A program made the position numbers and the translations under genes. Source: Clostridia bacterium (lineage in GTDB: Bacteria > Bacteroidota > Bacteroidia > Bacteroidales > Bacteroidaceae). From it: 64,000 nt of DNA. The notes beneath the pieces were generated by a model that was not told the origin of the DNA, searched no databases, and saw only the letters and a program-made list of their open reading frames with translations. Below, one piece after another: positions 19,134 through 27,722 of the stretch (its first letter is position 1; every line of letters starts with the position of its first letter). The stretch is taken from NCBI GenBank assembly GCA_963587495.1, contig CAVACC010000001.1, forward strand, positions 3,818-67,817. Reading direction: 5' to 3'.

Positions 19134-19291
19134 AAAATCGTTAAACCACAAATAAATCTATGTTCTAAACTTTAGAACATAAGTTCGATACTTTAGGACA
19201 CAAGTTCTAAACTTTAGGACACAAGTTCTAAACTTTAGAACATAAGTTCGATAGTTTAGAACATAGATTTATTGGGCTAAAAAAAACATTT
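19134..19291 (+). repeat. 21-bp-array element, copy 1 (five units)
   Basis: Leader AAAATCGTTAAACCACA; five GTTCTAAACTTTAGAACATAA-like units at 19162-19266; perfect 21-bp inverted repeat 19151-19171/19253-19273; trailer GGCTAAAAAAAACATTT. Confidence 0.88.
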
Positions 19292-19320
19292 ACTTCCCTT
19301 TCTGTATAAGTGTTACTTAA

Positions 19321-19438
19321 AGAGCACTATTGTGCCCATCGCAGAGCATTGTTGTGCCATAAGCAGGCATTTTTGCAGCATCAGCATTTATAAGAACAGC
19401 ATAAATACTTATAAAAACAGCATCAGCATTTATAAAAA
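19321..19438 (+). repeat. Two short degenerate tandem arrays (22-bp x2, 21-bp x3)
   Basis: AGAGCACTATTGTGCCCATCGC / AGAGCATTGTTGTGCCATAAGC; CAGCATCAGCATTTATAARAA-like x3 at 19376-19438. Confidence 0.7.
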
Positions 19439-19597
19439 GCAATATGTCGAAAACAAGAGTCTTATTACTTTACGCCTCCTGAATCAACGTTTTCACGAAC
19501 TGAGATCTTTAATAAAAATGAATAAAAAAAAGTAGCATCGTGCAATAAATACAATAACAAATTGTTTTATTAAACAGAACAACAAATAACTATTGAT

Positions 19598-20209
19598 ATG
19601 AAGAACTTAAAATCTTTGATCGGACTAATATTAGTCCTGCTTGTATCATTATCAGTCACATCATGCAATGACGATAATGACGAATCTTTAGACCAACAAT
19701 GGGCTTCTGTATTGAATAACCATGGAACCCCATACGTGTTCAGTGACAACGGAAACTGTTATGGTGCAGGCGGTGGCATCAGCAAAGAGGACTTTGAAAA
19801 AATGTTTATTGGTCATGGCTGGAAGCATTATGCCACATGGGAAATAAACAAGAAAGGCAGAAGAATGTCTGATGGATATTACACCAACATATTAGGAGCA
19901 TCCCCTGTAAACTACTATTTTGACAGTAATACAAAATTGACTGCCTACTATCATTCAGACGTTGCAGAGAGTACTATAAAGAAGGAAGAAATAGCATATA
20001 CCTTTTACGAAGATACACAACGTACGGTTCTGCTGCTCGACAACAACGAATACCTTCAGATAACAGGATGGATGCTTGGTACTCAACCAAGTTTCTGCAT
20101 AGTTCATCCGTTGGGAATAAAATCAAATGGTGAAACTATCTATGGCGTTTCTATCTATGTACAAATGACCGATAAGGAATTAAATACTATGCAGAATAGC
20201 GCAAAATAG
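19598..20209 (+). CDS. Hypothetical lipoprotein
   Basis: Signal peptide ending SVTS-C followed by acidic NDDNDE, resembling a Bacteroidota lipoprotein export signal; AT-rich gene. Confidence 0.75.
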   Translation: MKNLKSLIGLILVLLVSLSVTSCNDDNDESLDQQWASVLNNHGTPYVFSDNGNCYGAGGGISKEDFEKMFIGHGWKHYATWEINKKGRRMSDGYYTNILGASPVNYYFDSNTKLTAYYHSDVAESTIKKEEIAYTFYEDTQRTVLLLDNNEYLQITGWMLGTQPSFCIVHPLGIKSNGETIYGVSIYVQMTDKELNTMQNSAK

Positions 20210-20221
20210 GAATAACGCCCT

Positions 20222-20254
20222 AAAAAGTGAAAAGGCCATCCTCACGGACAGCCT
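20222..20254 (-). terminator. Terminator of the flavodoxin-DUF2023 transcript
   Basis: Minus strand AGGCTGTCC-GTGA-GGATGGCCT-TTTCACTTTTT. Confidence 0.65.
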
Positions 20255-20350
20255 AATACATTTATACAAAAACATTATGAATTCTTTATTATTAGCGAAC
20301 AAGATTCTACTTTATCAAAATCAATATATCTATCTAAAAGCTTCAAACAG

Positions 20351-20728
20351 TTAATTCATAAGACCGGCCGCTGCCTGAGCCTTGCGACACTTGCGCTCAC
20401 AATAGCGTTCGCACTGCGCACAAATGTCATAGCCTAACATGGCACCCAAGATAAAGTCTTCTTCGGGTGTCAGTTGACTGAGAGGTTTGTTAACCATCAG
20501 ACGGATAGCATCCAGACACTCTGGCTTGCCAAAGAACAAGTTCAGTCGACCATTGCCCACAGGCTGAACGATATAACTGATGTTCTGACTTTGCAATCGG
20601 GTTATGGCAAAAGACTCAAATCGCTCGTTGAAGGTGAAAAGCACCATGCGGCGCACACCTTTTTTATATTCATATATATGATTCATCAGAACCTTCATGT
20701 CCGTTGGCATCACTTCTTTCTGTTGCAT
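20351..20728 (-). CDS. DUF2023 family protein
   Basis: HIYEYKKGVR, LTPEEDFILGAMLGYDICAQCERYC; lies directly downstream of flavodoxin. Confidence 0.8.
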   Translation of the reverse strand: MQQKEVMPTDMKVLMNHIYEYKKGVRRMVLFTFNERFESFAITRLQSQNISYIVQPVGNGRLNLFFGKPECLDAIRLMVNKPLSQLTPEEDFILGAMLGYDICAQCERYCERKCRKAQAAAGLMN

Positions 20729-20791
20729 AATATCCGTCTGTTAGTTAAAAAATGACTGTGTTACAGGAGCATTCTCCTATTCCGCATTACA

Positions 20792-21286
20792 CTAAAGCGA
20801 AGGCTTAATGGCCTCAAGCCATGCATCAATGCGCTCCTCGGTCTTATCATCCTCGTTGACATCGTCAAGAGCAAGACCTACGAATTTTCCATCTACAACT
20901 GCATCGCTGTCATCAAAAGTATAACCCTCTGTCGATACTCCTTCGAGAACATTGGCACCAGCCTCTTTGGCAGCATCATAAAGTTCCTTCATTCCGCCAC
21001 AGAAAGTATCAGAATAAGACTCTGCATCGCCACAACCGAAGAGAGCGACCGTCTTGCCGGAAAGACCAGCTGACTTCAACAGGTTGATGCCATCGTACCA
21101 GTCATCCTGCAACTCACCTGCTCCCCAGGTGGAAGTTCCCAAGATAAGGTTGTCATGATCCGAGATGGCGGTCTCATCGATGCTGGATACATCTACTGCA
21201 CTGGCGCCCAACTTACCGGCTATTGTCTCTGCTATGCTCTGGCAGGTTCCTGTGGAAGAGCCATAAATTACAATTGTTGATTTCAT
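20792..21286 (-). CDS. fldA: Long-chain flavodoxin
   Basis: YGSSTGT, GTSTWGAGELQDDW, ALFGCGD, FVGLALD. Confidence 0.92.
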   Translation of the reverse strand: MKSTIVIYGSSTGTCQSIAETIAGKLGASAVDVSSIDETAISDHDNLILGTSTWGAGELQDDWYDGINLLKSAGLSGKTVALFGCGDAESYSDTFCGGMKELYDAAKEAGANVLEGVSTEGYTFDDSDAVVDGKFVGLALDDVNEDDKTEERIDAWLEAIKPSL

Positions 21287-21327
21287 ACGCTATAATTACT
21301 TTAGTTACATTGTTTCTTGTTTACGGC

Positions 21328-21337
21328 TGCAAAGATA
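21328..21337 (-). promoter_or_regulatory. -7 promoter box upstream of flavodoxin
   Basis: TATCTTTGCA on the minus strand. Confidence 0.65.
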
Positions 21338-21431
21338 CGGCGATTTTTCCAATGCCGCAATACCTAAAAATAATGGTTTGGCATGAATACCTACATATTA
21401 TGACTCGATTTTGGCAAGTCCAATCAATAAC

Positions 21432-21467
21432 AAAAAAAACTGCGGACAGATTGCTCTGCCCGCAGTT
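21432..21467 (-). terminator. Intrinsic terminator
   Basis: AACTGCGG...CCGCAGTT stem with a T-run on the minus strand. Confidence 0.7.
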
Positions 21468-21505
21468 CTCCTCATATAATCTCTCTCTTACTTTACATAA
21501 AAGTC

Positions 21506-21865
21506 TTACTTGATGCCACGATTTACGAGAGTGACGTTCAACAACATCAGATACTTGCGATACTGAGTGTTTGAAAGGATGACGTGCATGTACTTCAAGT
21601 CCTTGTTGATGGCCTTGTCGATCATAGCCTTGCGGTCGTCACCTGCTGCTACGGCAGCATTCATCATATCTGCAGTGAAGTTCTTGTGTACATCAGCTAC
21701 AGCCTCAACCTGGTCAATGTTCAAACCAAGAGCATCAGACAAGCTGTTCATGTTTACATTCATGTTGAAAGCAGCTGTTGCTGTTGTTGCACTTGCATTC
21801 TCATCTGCTGCAAAAGTAATTGTCATACTGAACAATGCTACTGCCAAAATCATCAATTTCTTCAT
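21506..21865 (-). CDS. Hypothetical exported small helical protein
   Basis: Signal peptide MKKLMILAVALFSMTITFA; has its own promoter box and terminator. Confidence 0.75.
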   Translation of the reverse strand: MKKLMILAVALFSMTITFAADENASATTATAAFNMNVNMNSLSDALGLNIDQVEAVADVHKNFTADMMNAAVAAGDDRKAMIDKAINKDLKYMHVILSNTQYRKYLMLLNVTLVNRGIK

Positions 21866-21941
21866 AATCTTTTTACCTTTCTTTTCTTTAATTCTACATT
21901 ATCCTTACTAATCTCTTTGTGTATGTCTTCCTGAAAGACAC

Positions 21942-21951
21942 TGCAAAGATA
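21942..21951 (-). promoter_or_regulatory. -7 promoter box
   Basis: TATCTTTGCA on the minus strand. Confidence 0.6.
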
Positions 21952-22228
21952 CACACAATATGCTGTGCACGCAAACATTTAGACAGAAAAGTAAGACTTT
22001 TGCGCATATTTTTGACATATATCAACAATCTTATCCTCTTTTTGCTTACGTTTCGTCAGTTTTACGCCTAATTACATAACATATCAACACAAAAACACAA
22101 GTCTCAGCCAACAGCCTTCTTGCGTAAGACATAGAACATTTGTACCTTAACTAAACAAAAATTCCACTTTTTCGAGCAAATATTTTGCTTCTCATAAATA
22201 AATGCATACGTATTCCAAATATTTTTTG

Positions 22229-22236
22229 TATTTTTG
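22229..22236 (+). promoter_or_regulatory. Possible -7 promoter box upstream of the SNF2 gene
   Basis: TATTTTTG ~50 bp before the ATG. Confidence 0.45.
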
Positions 22237-22287
22237 AAGGCAAATAAAGAATTTGACACAACATTTTAATCAAAACAGAAAAATAAA

Positions 22288-25116
22288 ATGAACGATTTTC
22301 TGCCACAACTCAAGAAGCTCCAACCCATCACCATTGCCAAAAGCGGCAAGACGATGACGGGCAAGGAGATTTTCTTCATGATAAAAACTGGGGAAAACGA
22401 TACTTTCATCATCCCAGTAGACAAGAAGCTGAAGCCGGTGGAGGCTGACTATCATTACTATTCGGGCGATACGGCTCAACTTCTGCGCAGCATTGACAGC
22501 ATCAAGGAGGAGATGGCTTTCCAAATCTCCTGGGACGAGAGCGAGGCTACCGACGTGAGCCTCAGCCAGAACCCTCACTTGCTCTACCAACTCATCCGTT
22601 GCACGAACCTCATCGATGAGAAGGGGCACGCCATCTCCGTTCACCCCGACCCCTCTGTGCTCCAACTGGTATTAAAGAAATTCGGCAGAAACATCGAACC
22701 GCATTTTATCATTGCCGCCAAGGAGTCTTCGGATGCTGAAGAATACGACGGAGCCAAGAAATACGAGGCCAACAAATTGTACTTCAGTCTTCTGTCAGAC
22801 TGTTTCGTCTTGTCTGACAATGTCATTTATCCCATCGCCCCTATCGGCGACAACTATCAGCAGCTCAGCTATTTTACCACCCGTTTCTCCGAAGATCTGC
22901 TGGAAGAATACCTCTCCGTATTCTTCTCCTTCATCGAAAACGTGCAGGTGGCTTACGAGGATTACACCGTAGAATTCTCCGACACCGACATCGTACCTAC
23001 CCCTTCTCTTTCATTTGAGAAGATAGATGCCGACAAGACCCTGTTCCTTCGACTCGTAGAATCATACAAGGGATTGCCGCTCGACTTCGTGCAGCAGTTT
23101 GACCTGAGCATGGCTGCATCGCTCTCGCTCGACCAAAAGATTGTGGTGAAGCGACTCGCCCATCTGCCTATCGACGAAATCACCAGCAACCTCAGAAAGG
23201 AAATCATACAATATGCCCCAAGCAAGGCGGCACAGAAGGAAGTGTATGTGGAGGACAATCTCTTCATCATCCCCGAGGAGACGGCAGGTCCGTTCCTGCT
23301 CCAATCGCTCCCTTCCCTGCTGAGAACCTACCAGCTCATCGGTGCCGAGAAACTGCGTGAGTACAAGGTGAAGCCAATGACGCCTAAGCTGAACATCAGC
23401 CTCTCATCGGGCATCGACTTCCTGGAGGGCGACGCCAGCATCACGCTCGAAGGCGAACAGTTCTCGCTCCAGCAAATCCTCTCGCAATACAACAAGAAGA
23501 AATACATCCAGCTGTCGGACGGCAACCGTGCCATCATCGAGGACGGATACATGCGCCGTCTGGAACGTATCTTCAAGAAAAAGGACAAGGACGGAAAGGT
23601 CAAGGTGTCGTTCTTCGACCTGCCTGAGATAGAAGACCTCATCAACGAGCCTTTGGAGGGCGAGGCGTTCAAGCATCACCGCAAGGTGTACGAGGGCTTC
23701 AACCACCTTGCCGAGGAACCCCTGAAGGCGCCAAAGCTGAAGGCCCAGTTGCGCCCATACCAGGCAGAGGGAATCAAATGGATAAAATATCTCTACGATA
23801 ACAACCTGGGAGGCTGTCTCGCCGATGACATGGGTCTCGGTAAGACCGTGCAGACCATCGGTGTCCTCACCCTCATCTATCCGAAGGTGAAGAAACCTAC
23901 GCTCATCGTAATGCCTCGCAGCCTGCTCTTCAACTGGCAGAACGAGTTGAAGAAGTTCGCCCCACAACTCTCGGTCTATACCTATTATGCCGGCGATCGA
24001 GACATCAAGGAGGCGATGAAGCACCAGGTGATACTGACCACCTACGCCATCGTGCGCAACGACATCGAGACCTACTCCAAGCAGAAGTTCCACTATGTGA
24101 TTCTCGACGAGAGCCAAAACATCAAGAACACTACCACGCAAACCACCCAAGCCACCCTCGTGCTCCATGCCGAACACAGACTGGCATTGAGCGGTACGCC
24201 TGTGGAGAACAATTTGACAGAGCTTTACTCGCTCTTCCGTTTCCTCAACCCAACGATGTTTGGCAGCTTGGACGATTTCAACAGCCGTTACACGGGCCCT
24301 ATCCAGCGCGACAACGACAAGGACACCTTGTTGAGCCTCCGCAAGAAGATATTCCCATTCATGCTTCGCCGACTGAAAAAGGACGTGCTCAAAGACCTGC
24401 CCGACCGCATCGAGCAGACCCTCTACGTGGAGATGAGTCCAGAGCAGCACGACTTCTACGAGCGAAGAAGACTGTACTACTACAACCAGGTGCGCCAGTC
24501 GATAGCCGCCGAGGGCATTCAGAAGTCGCAGTTTGTGATGTTCCAGGCACTCAACGAACTTCGCCGCATCGCCTCCATCCCAGAGAGTCTCAGCGACGGA
24601 CACATCAAGTCGCCTAAGCTCGACCTGCTGACCGACACCCTCCTCGAAGCCGTTGCCAACGGACACAAGGTGGTGGTATTCTTCAACTTCATCGCAGGTA
24701 TCGAAGAACTAAGCGAGCGGCTGGACCAAAACGGCGTGGACTATGCCTGCATGACAGGTTCAACGAGAGACCGCAAGAGCATCGTGGAGCGATTCCAGAA
24801 CGACCCACAATGCCGAGTGATGCTGATGACGCTGAAGACGGGTGGCGTGGGCTTGAACCTGACTGCCGCCGACACCGTGTTCATCTTCGAGCCATGGTGG
24901 AACAAGGCAGCCGAGGAACAAGCTATCAACCGCCTGCACCGTTTCGGACAGAAGGCAAAGGTACTCAGCTACTCGCTCATCACCCAGCAAACCATCGAGG
25001 AGAAGATACAGCTCCTGCAACAGCAGAAGGCCGAACTCTTCGAGGGCTTGATCGGTGCCGACAGTTCATCATCCAAGCATCTGTCGGAGGATGACATCAA
25101 CTTTATTCTGGGATAA
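22288..25116 (+). CDS. SNF2-family (SF2) helicase/translocase
   Basis: LRPYQ, LADDMGLGKT, ILDESQ, ALSGTPVEN, MLRRLK, GGVGLNL, QAINRLHRFGQ. Confidence 0.92.
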   Translation: MNDFLPQLKKLQPITIAKSGKTMTGKEIFFMIKTGENDTFIIPVDKKLKPVEADYHYYSGDTAQLLRSIDSIKEEMAFQISWDESEATDVSLSQNPHLLYQLIRCTNLIDEKGHAISVHPDPSVLQLVLKKFGRNIEPHFIIAAKESSDAEEYDGAKKYEANKLYFSLLSDCFVLSDNVIYPIAPIGDNYQQLSYFTTRFSEDLLEEYLSVFFSFIENVQVAYEDYTVEFSDTDIVPTPSLSFEKIDADKTLFLRLVESYKGLPLDFVQQFDLSMAASLSLDQKIVVKRLAHLPIDEITSNLRKEIIQYAPSKAAQKEVYVEDNLFIIPEETAGPFLLQSLPSLLRTYQLIGAEKLREYKVKPMTPKLNISLSSGIDFLEGDASITLEGEQFSLQQILSQYNKKKYIQLSDGNRAIIEDGYMRRLERIFKKKDKDGKVKVSFFDLPEIEDLINEPLEGEAFKHHRKVYEGFNHLAEEPLKAPKLKAQLRPYQAEGIKWIKYLYDNNLGGCLADDMGLGKTVQTIGVLTLIYPKVKKPTLIVMPRSLLFNWQNELKKFAPQLSVYTYYAGDRDIKEAMKHQVILTTYAIVRNDIETYSKQKFHYVILDESQNIKNTTTQTTQATLVLHAEHRLALSGTPVENNLTELYSLFRFLNPTMFGSLDDFNSRYTGPIQRDNDKDTLLSLRKKIFPFMLRRLKKDVLKDLPDRIEQTLYVEMSPEQHDFYERRRLYYYNQVRQSIAAEGIQKSQFVMFQALNELRRIASIPESLSDGHIKSPKLDLLTDTLLEAVANGHKVVVFFNFIAGIEELSERLDQNGVDYACMTGSTRDRKSIVERFQNDPQCRVMLMTLKTGGVGLNLTAADTVFIFEPWWNKAAEEQAINRLHRFGQKAKVLSYSLITQQTIEEKIQLLQQQKAELFEGLIGADSSSSKHLSEDDINFILG

Positions 25117-25145
25117 AAACATCACTTCATAATAGAAACAAAGAC

Positions 25146-27017
25146 ATGGCAACAGAAACAACACTCTGGGACATGAGCGATAAGCGACCAGAGAAAATCA
25201 TATACGCTCCGGAAGGGATAGAGAATGAACAAATAGTAAGTTCCCTCATGCACGGATATGATTTAAGTAAACTACAGGAAGCAGCTTACGAAGTGCGTGA
25301 AAACTTCAAGAAGTACAAATTGGTGGCACTGGACAAGGACGGCAAGAAATACGAGCCAGCCCCTATCGCGCTGATGTTCTCCAACAAGAAGAAACTGAAG
25401 AAAGATTATGCAGCGTATCTTGCTATCATGAAGCATACCAACAACTTCTCCCTATATTACGAAGAATGGTCGAAACCTGTAAAAGAACTCTTCAAGCAGA
25501 CTGCAGCTAACCATTACATCCTGCATACAGACGCAACCATGATTCTCGGCGAACCCAGCATCAAAGAGAGCAGGTATTTCTGGGACGATCCTGAGATCAA
25601 CCAGAAACTTGACAACTGGTATGGCACCATAGAGGCAAAAGCGCCAATTACCAACAAGAACACATACGAGCACTCTAATTATTACCTTGAATTGGCAGAC
25701 AACTCTTATTATGTCCTGACTTTGCCTTCACTCTTCCCAGAGTTGATGAATATCGAGAAATGCGAAGAGTTGCCTGATGCGGAAGCATACAAGACCTATA
25801 GCGGTGAGAATACAATTTTCACCGTCGTGCCTATCATGTCTTCACTCTTCGACAGCGGACAGCTGAACCTGGGGCGAAACAAGCTGCCAGCCAGCGAAGT
25901 AAAGAAGACTTCCAAGCTTCTCAAGCTCCCTGAGTTTTTCACGGATGACAACAAATATTTCTCCAACATCTGCGCTTCGTTTGTGCTCAATTTCTACACC
26001 ATCTATCGCATGGACTTGTACAACAACGACATGACGGAGACACAAGACCTATTGAAGGATCTCTTCAAGAACCTGAATGAAATGCAAGAGTACTTGATGC
26101 CTATCCTTTTGCCACACATCACAGGACTGAGGAAAAATCTGTTCAACTATTGCAGTTGTGGGTATCTGATAAATATTCTTCAGTCGGTATTGAAGAAATT
26201 CCACAAAGAAGAATGGTTGCCGATAGACAAACTTTTGTTCCATTGCCGAGTGAGTCCCCCAAAAACAGAGAGTCAATTTTTGCTGTTTTACTGCTCCGAC
26301 CTCTTCAAGGCCAATTTTTGTAATGATTATGATGGCAAAGAGATCTATTGCGACGACATCATCCAAGAGTTGACCTACCCTTACCTCAAGGCGGCGCTCT
26401 TCATGATGGCGGCATTCGGTTTCGTGGAGATTGCCTACAAGGAGAAGCCTGACGAGGGAGCCACCTCTTATTATGACACCTTGGCTTATGTACGACTCAC
26501 CAACCTGGGACTCTATGCCCTGGACATCAAGAGGAAATATGTGCGCACCAAGGAGGCAGAAATCCATTACTTCGAACTGGACACCGAACACCTCATCATC
26601 AAGTCGCTGGTGGACAACAATCCATACGAGTCGCTCCTGAGCAACATGTCGACAGCCATCTCCAAAAAGATGTACAAGGTGAGCTACGAGAGTTTTCTGA
26701 ATGGTTGTGAGAAGCTACAGGACATCAACAGCAAGATTGACTTCTTCAAGGAATACATCTCTTCCCAAGACTTGCCCGACAACTGGATCCAGTTCTTCAA
26801 GGACATCAAGAAGCGATGCAAGCCGATGAAAGCACCAAAGAAGAAATACTCACTGCTACAGATTCCAACCGATGACAAGGAGTTGCAGCACATCATCCTC
26901 ACCGAACCTACCATCCGCAAGTACACGCTGAAGGCTGAGGGCTTCATCCTCTTGGTGGAGACGAACTATAAAAGCAAGGTGGTGGAAGCACTCAAGAAGT
27001 ATGGTTATCTGATATAA
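25146..27017 (+). CDS. Hypothetical protein, probably co-transcribed with the SNF2 gene
   Basis: 623-aa ORF 29 bp downstream of SNF2 on the same strand; no catalytic motif recognised. Confidence 0.8.
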   Translation: MATETTLWDMSDKRPEKIIYAPEGIENEQIVSSLMHGYDLSKLQEAAYEVRENFKKYKLVALDKDGKKYEPAPIALMFSNKKKLKKDYAAYLAIMKHTNNFSLYYEEWSKPVKELFKQTAANHYILHTDATMILGEPSIKESRYFWDDPEINQKLDNWYGTIEAKAPITNKNTYEHSNYYLELADNSYYVLTLPSLFPELMNIEKCEELPDAEAYKTYSGENTIFTVVPIMSSLFDSGQLNLGRNKLPASEVKKTSKLLKLPEFFTDDNKYFSNICASFVLNFYTIYRMDLYNNDMTETQDLLKDLFKNLNEMQEYLMPILLPHITGLRKNLFNYCSCGYLINILQSVLKKFHKEEWLPIDKLLFHCRVSPPKTESQFLLFYCSDLFKANFCNDYDGKEIYCDDIIQELTYPYLKAALFMMAAFGFVEIAYKEKPDEGATSYYDTLAYVRLTNLGLYALDIKRKYVRTKEAEIHYFELDTEHLIIKSLVDNNPYESLLSNMSTAISKKMYKVSYESFLNGCEKLQDINSKIDFFKEYISSQDLPDNWIQFFKDIKKRCKPMKAPKKKYSLLQIPTDDKELQHIILTEPTIRKYTLKAEGFILLVETNYKSKVVEALKKYGYLI

Positions 27018-27071
27018 AGCAACCCAACAGACTGTGCAAAAGCCGAAATATTAAACTATATGGCAGTATTA

Positions 27072-27111
27072 AAGTAACTACTTATGGCTATAGGGTGCTG
27101 AGTTGTTACTT
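27072..27111 (-). repeat. REP-like palindrome (GTAACT...CTCAGCA...AGTTAC family), copy 1
   Basis: Reverse complement AAGTAACAACTCAGCACCCTATAGCCATAAGTAGTTACTT aligns with 42640-42684 and 42880-42917. Confidence 0.75.
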
Positions 27112-27203
27112 GTCGTACATATATATATATTGAGCCCACTTTAAAAAGGGGCTCAGCATTTTATATTTTGAACGAATCATTCGTTATTCTCGCTAAAAAT
27201 TCG

Positions 27204-27211
27204 TACCTTTG
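27204..27211 (+). promoter_or_regulatory. -7 promoter box
   Basis: TACCTTTG followed by C. Confidence 0.6.
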
Positions 27212-27249
27212 CGCACTATTAAATACTTATTTAAATCAAACCAAGATTA

Positions 27250-27525
27250 ATGGAAGAACAGAATCATATAGACAAAGCGCTTGCCTTCATGGAAAGCCTT
27301 GAAAGATTGCACAACCAGCTAAAAGCTGCAGAAGAGCAACAGAAATTGCTCCTCGCCCATCTGCTCGACCTGAAGAAAGAGGGCAAGACTGACTCGCAAG
27401 AGTATGCCCAGACATCACAGCAAAGCAAGAACCTGCAAGACATCATCGACAAGTGGCGCCCCATATACCTGGAACGCATGGAAATGGTGAAAGATGTTCA
27501 GAACAAAAAGAAGAACAAGAAATAA
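27250..27525 (+). CDS. Hypothetical coiled-coil protein
   Basis: 91-aa helical ORF with an upstream promoter box. Confidence 0.7.
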   Translation: MEEQNHIDKALAFMESLERLHNQLKAAEEQQKLLLAHLLDLKKEGKTDSQEYAQTSQQSKNLQDIIDKWRPIYLERMEMVKDVQNKKKNKK

Positions 27526-27526
27526 A

Positions 27527-27674
27527 GGAGGAGTTATTCAAGGAGTTAAAGGAGTTAAGGAGTTAAGACAAAAGCCTTTGTGGACTTGACCCAAATTCCC
27601 ATTCCAAAAGGGCTGTTGGCTATAACTTCTAACGACCGAAGGGAGTGATAACTTCTTTAACTTCTATAACTTCT
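27527..27674. repeat. Dispersed element with GGAGTTA/TAACTTC arms, copy 2 (inverted relative to copy 1)
   Basis: Left GGAGTTA x4, right TAACTTCT x4; 36-bp exact match to 9163-9198. Confidence 0.85.
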
Positions 27675-27722
27675 GTTCCCTATAACAGATAAAAACAATA
27701 ACAATAATAATAAAGAATTAAC

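Noticed and set aside
19332..19535. 67-aa ORF with SISIYKN repeats (likewise 42689-42877)
   Set aside because: Translation of non-coding tandem repeats; no support as a gene
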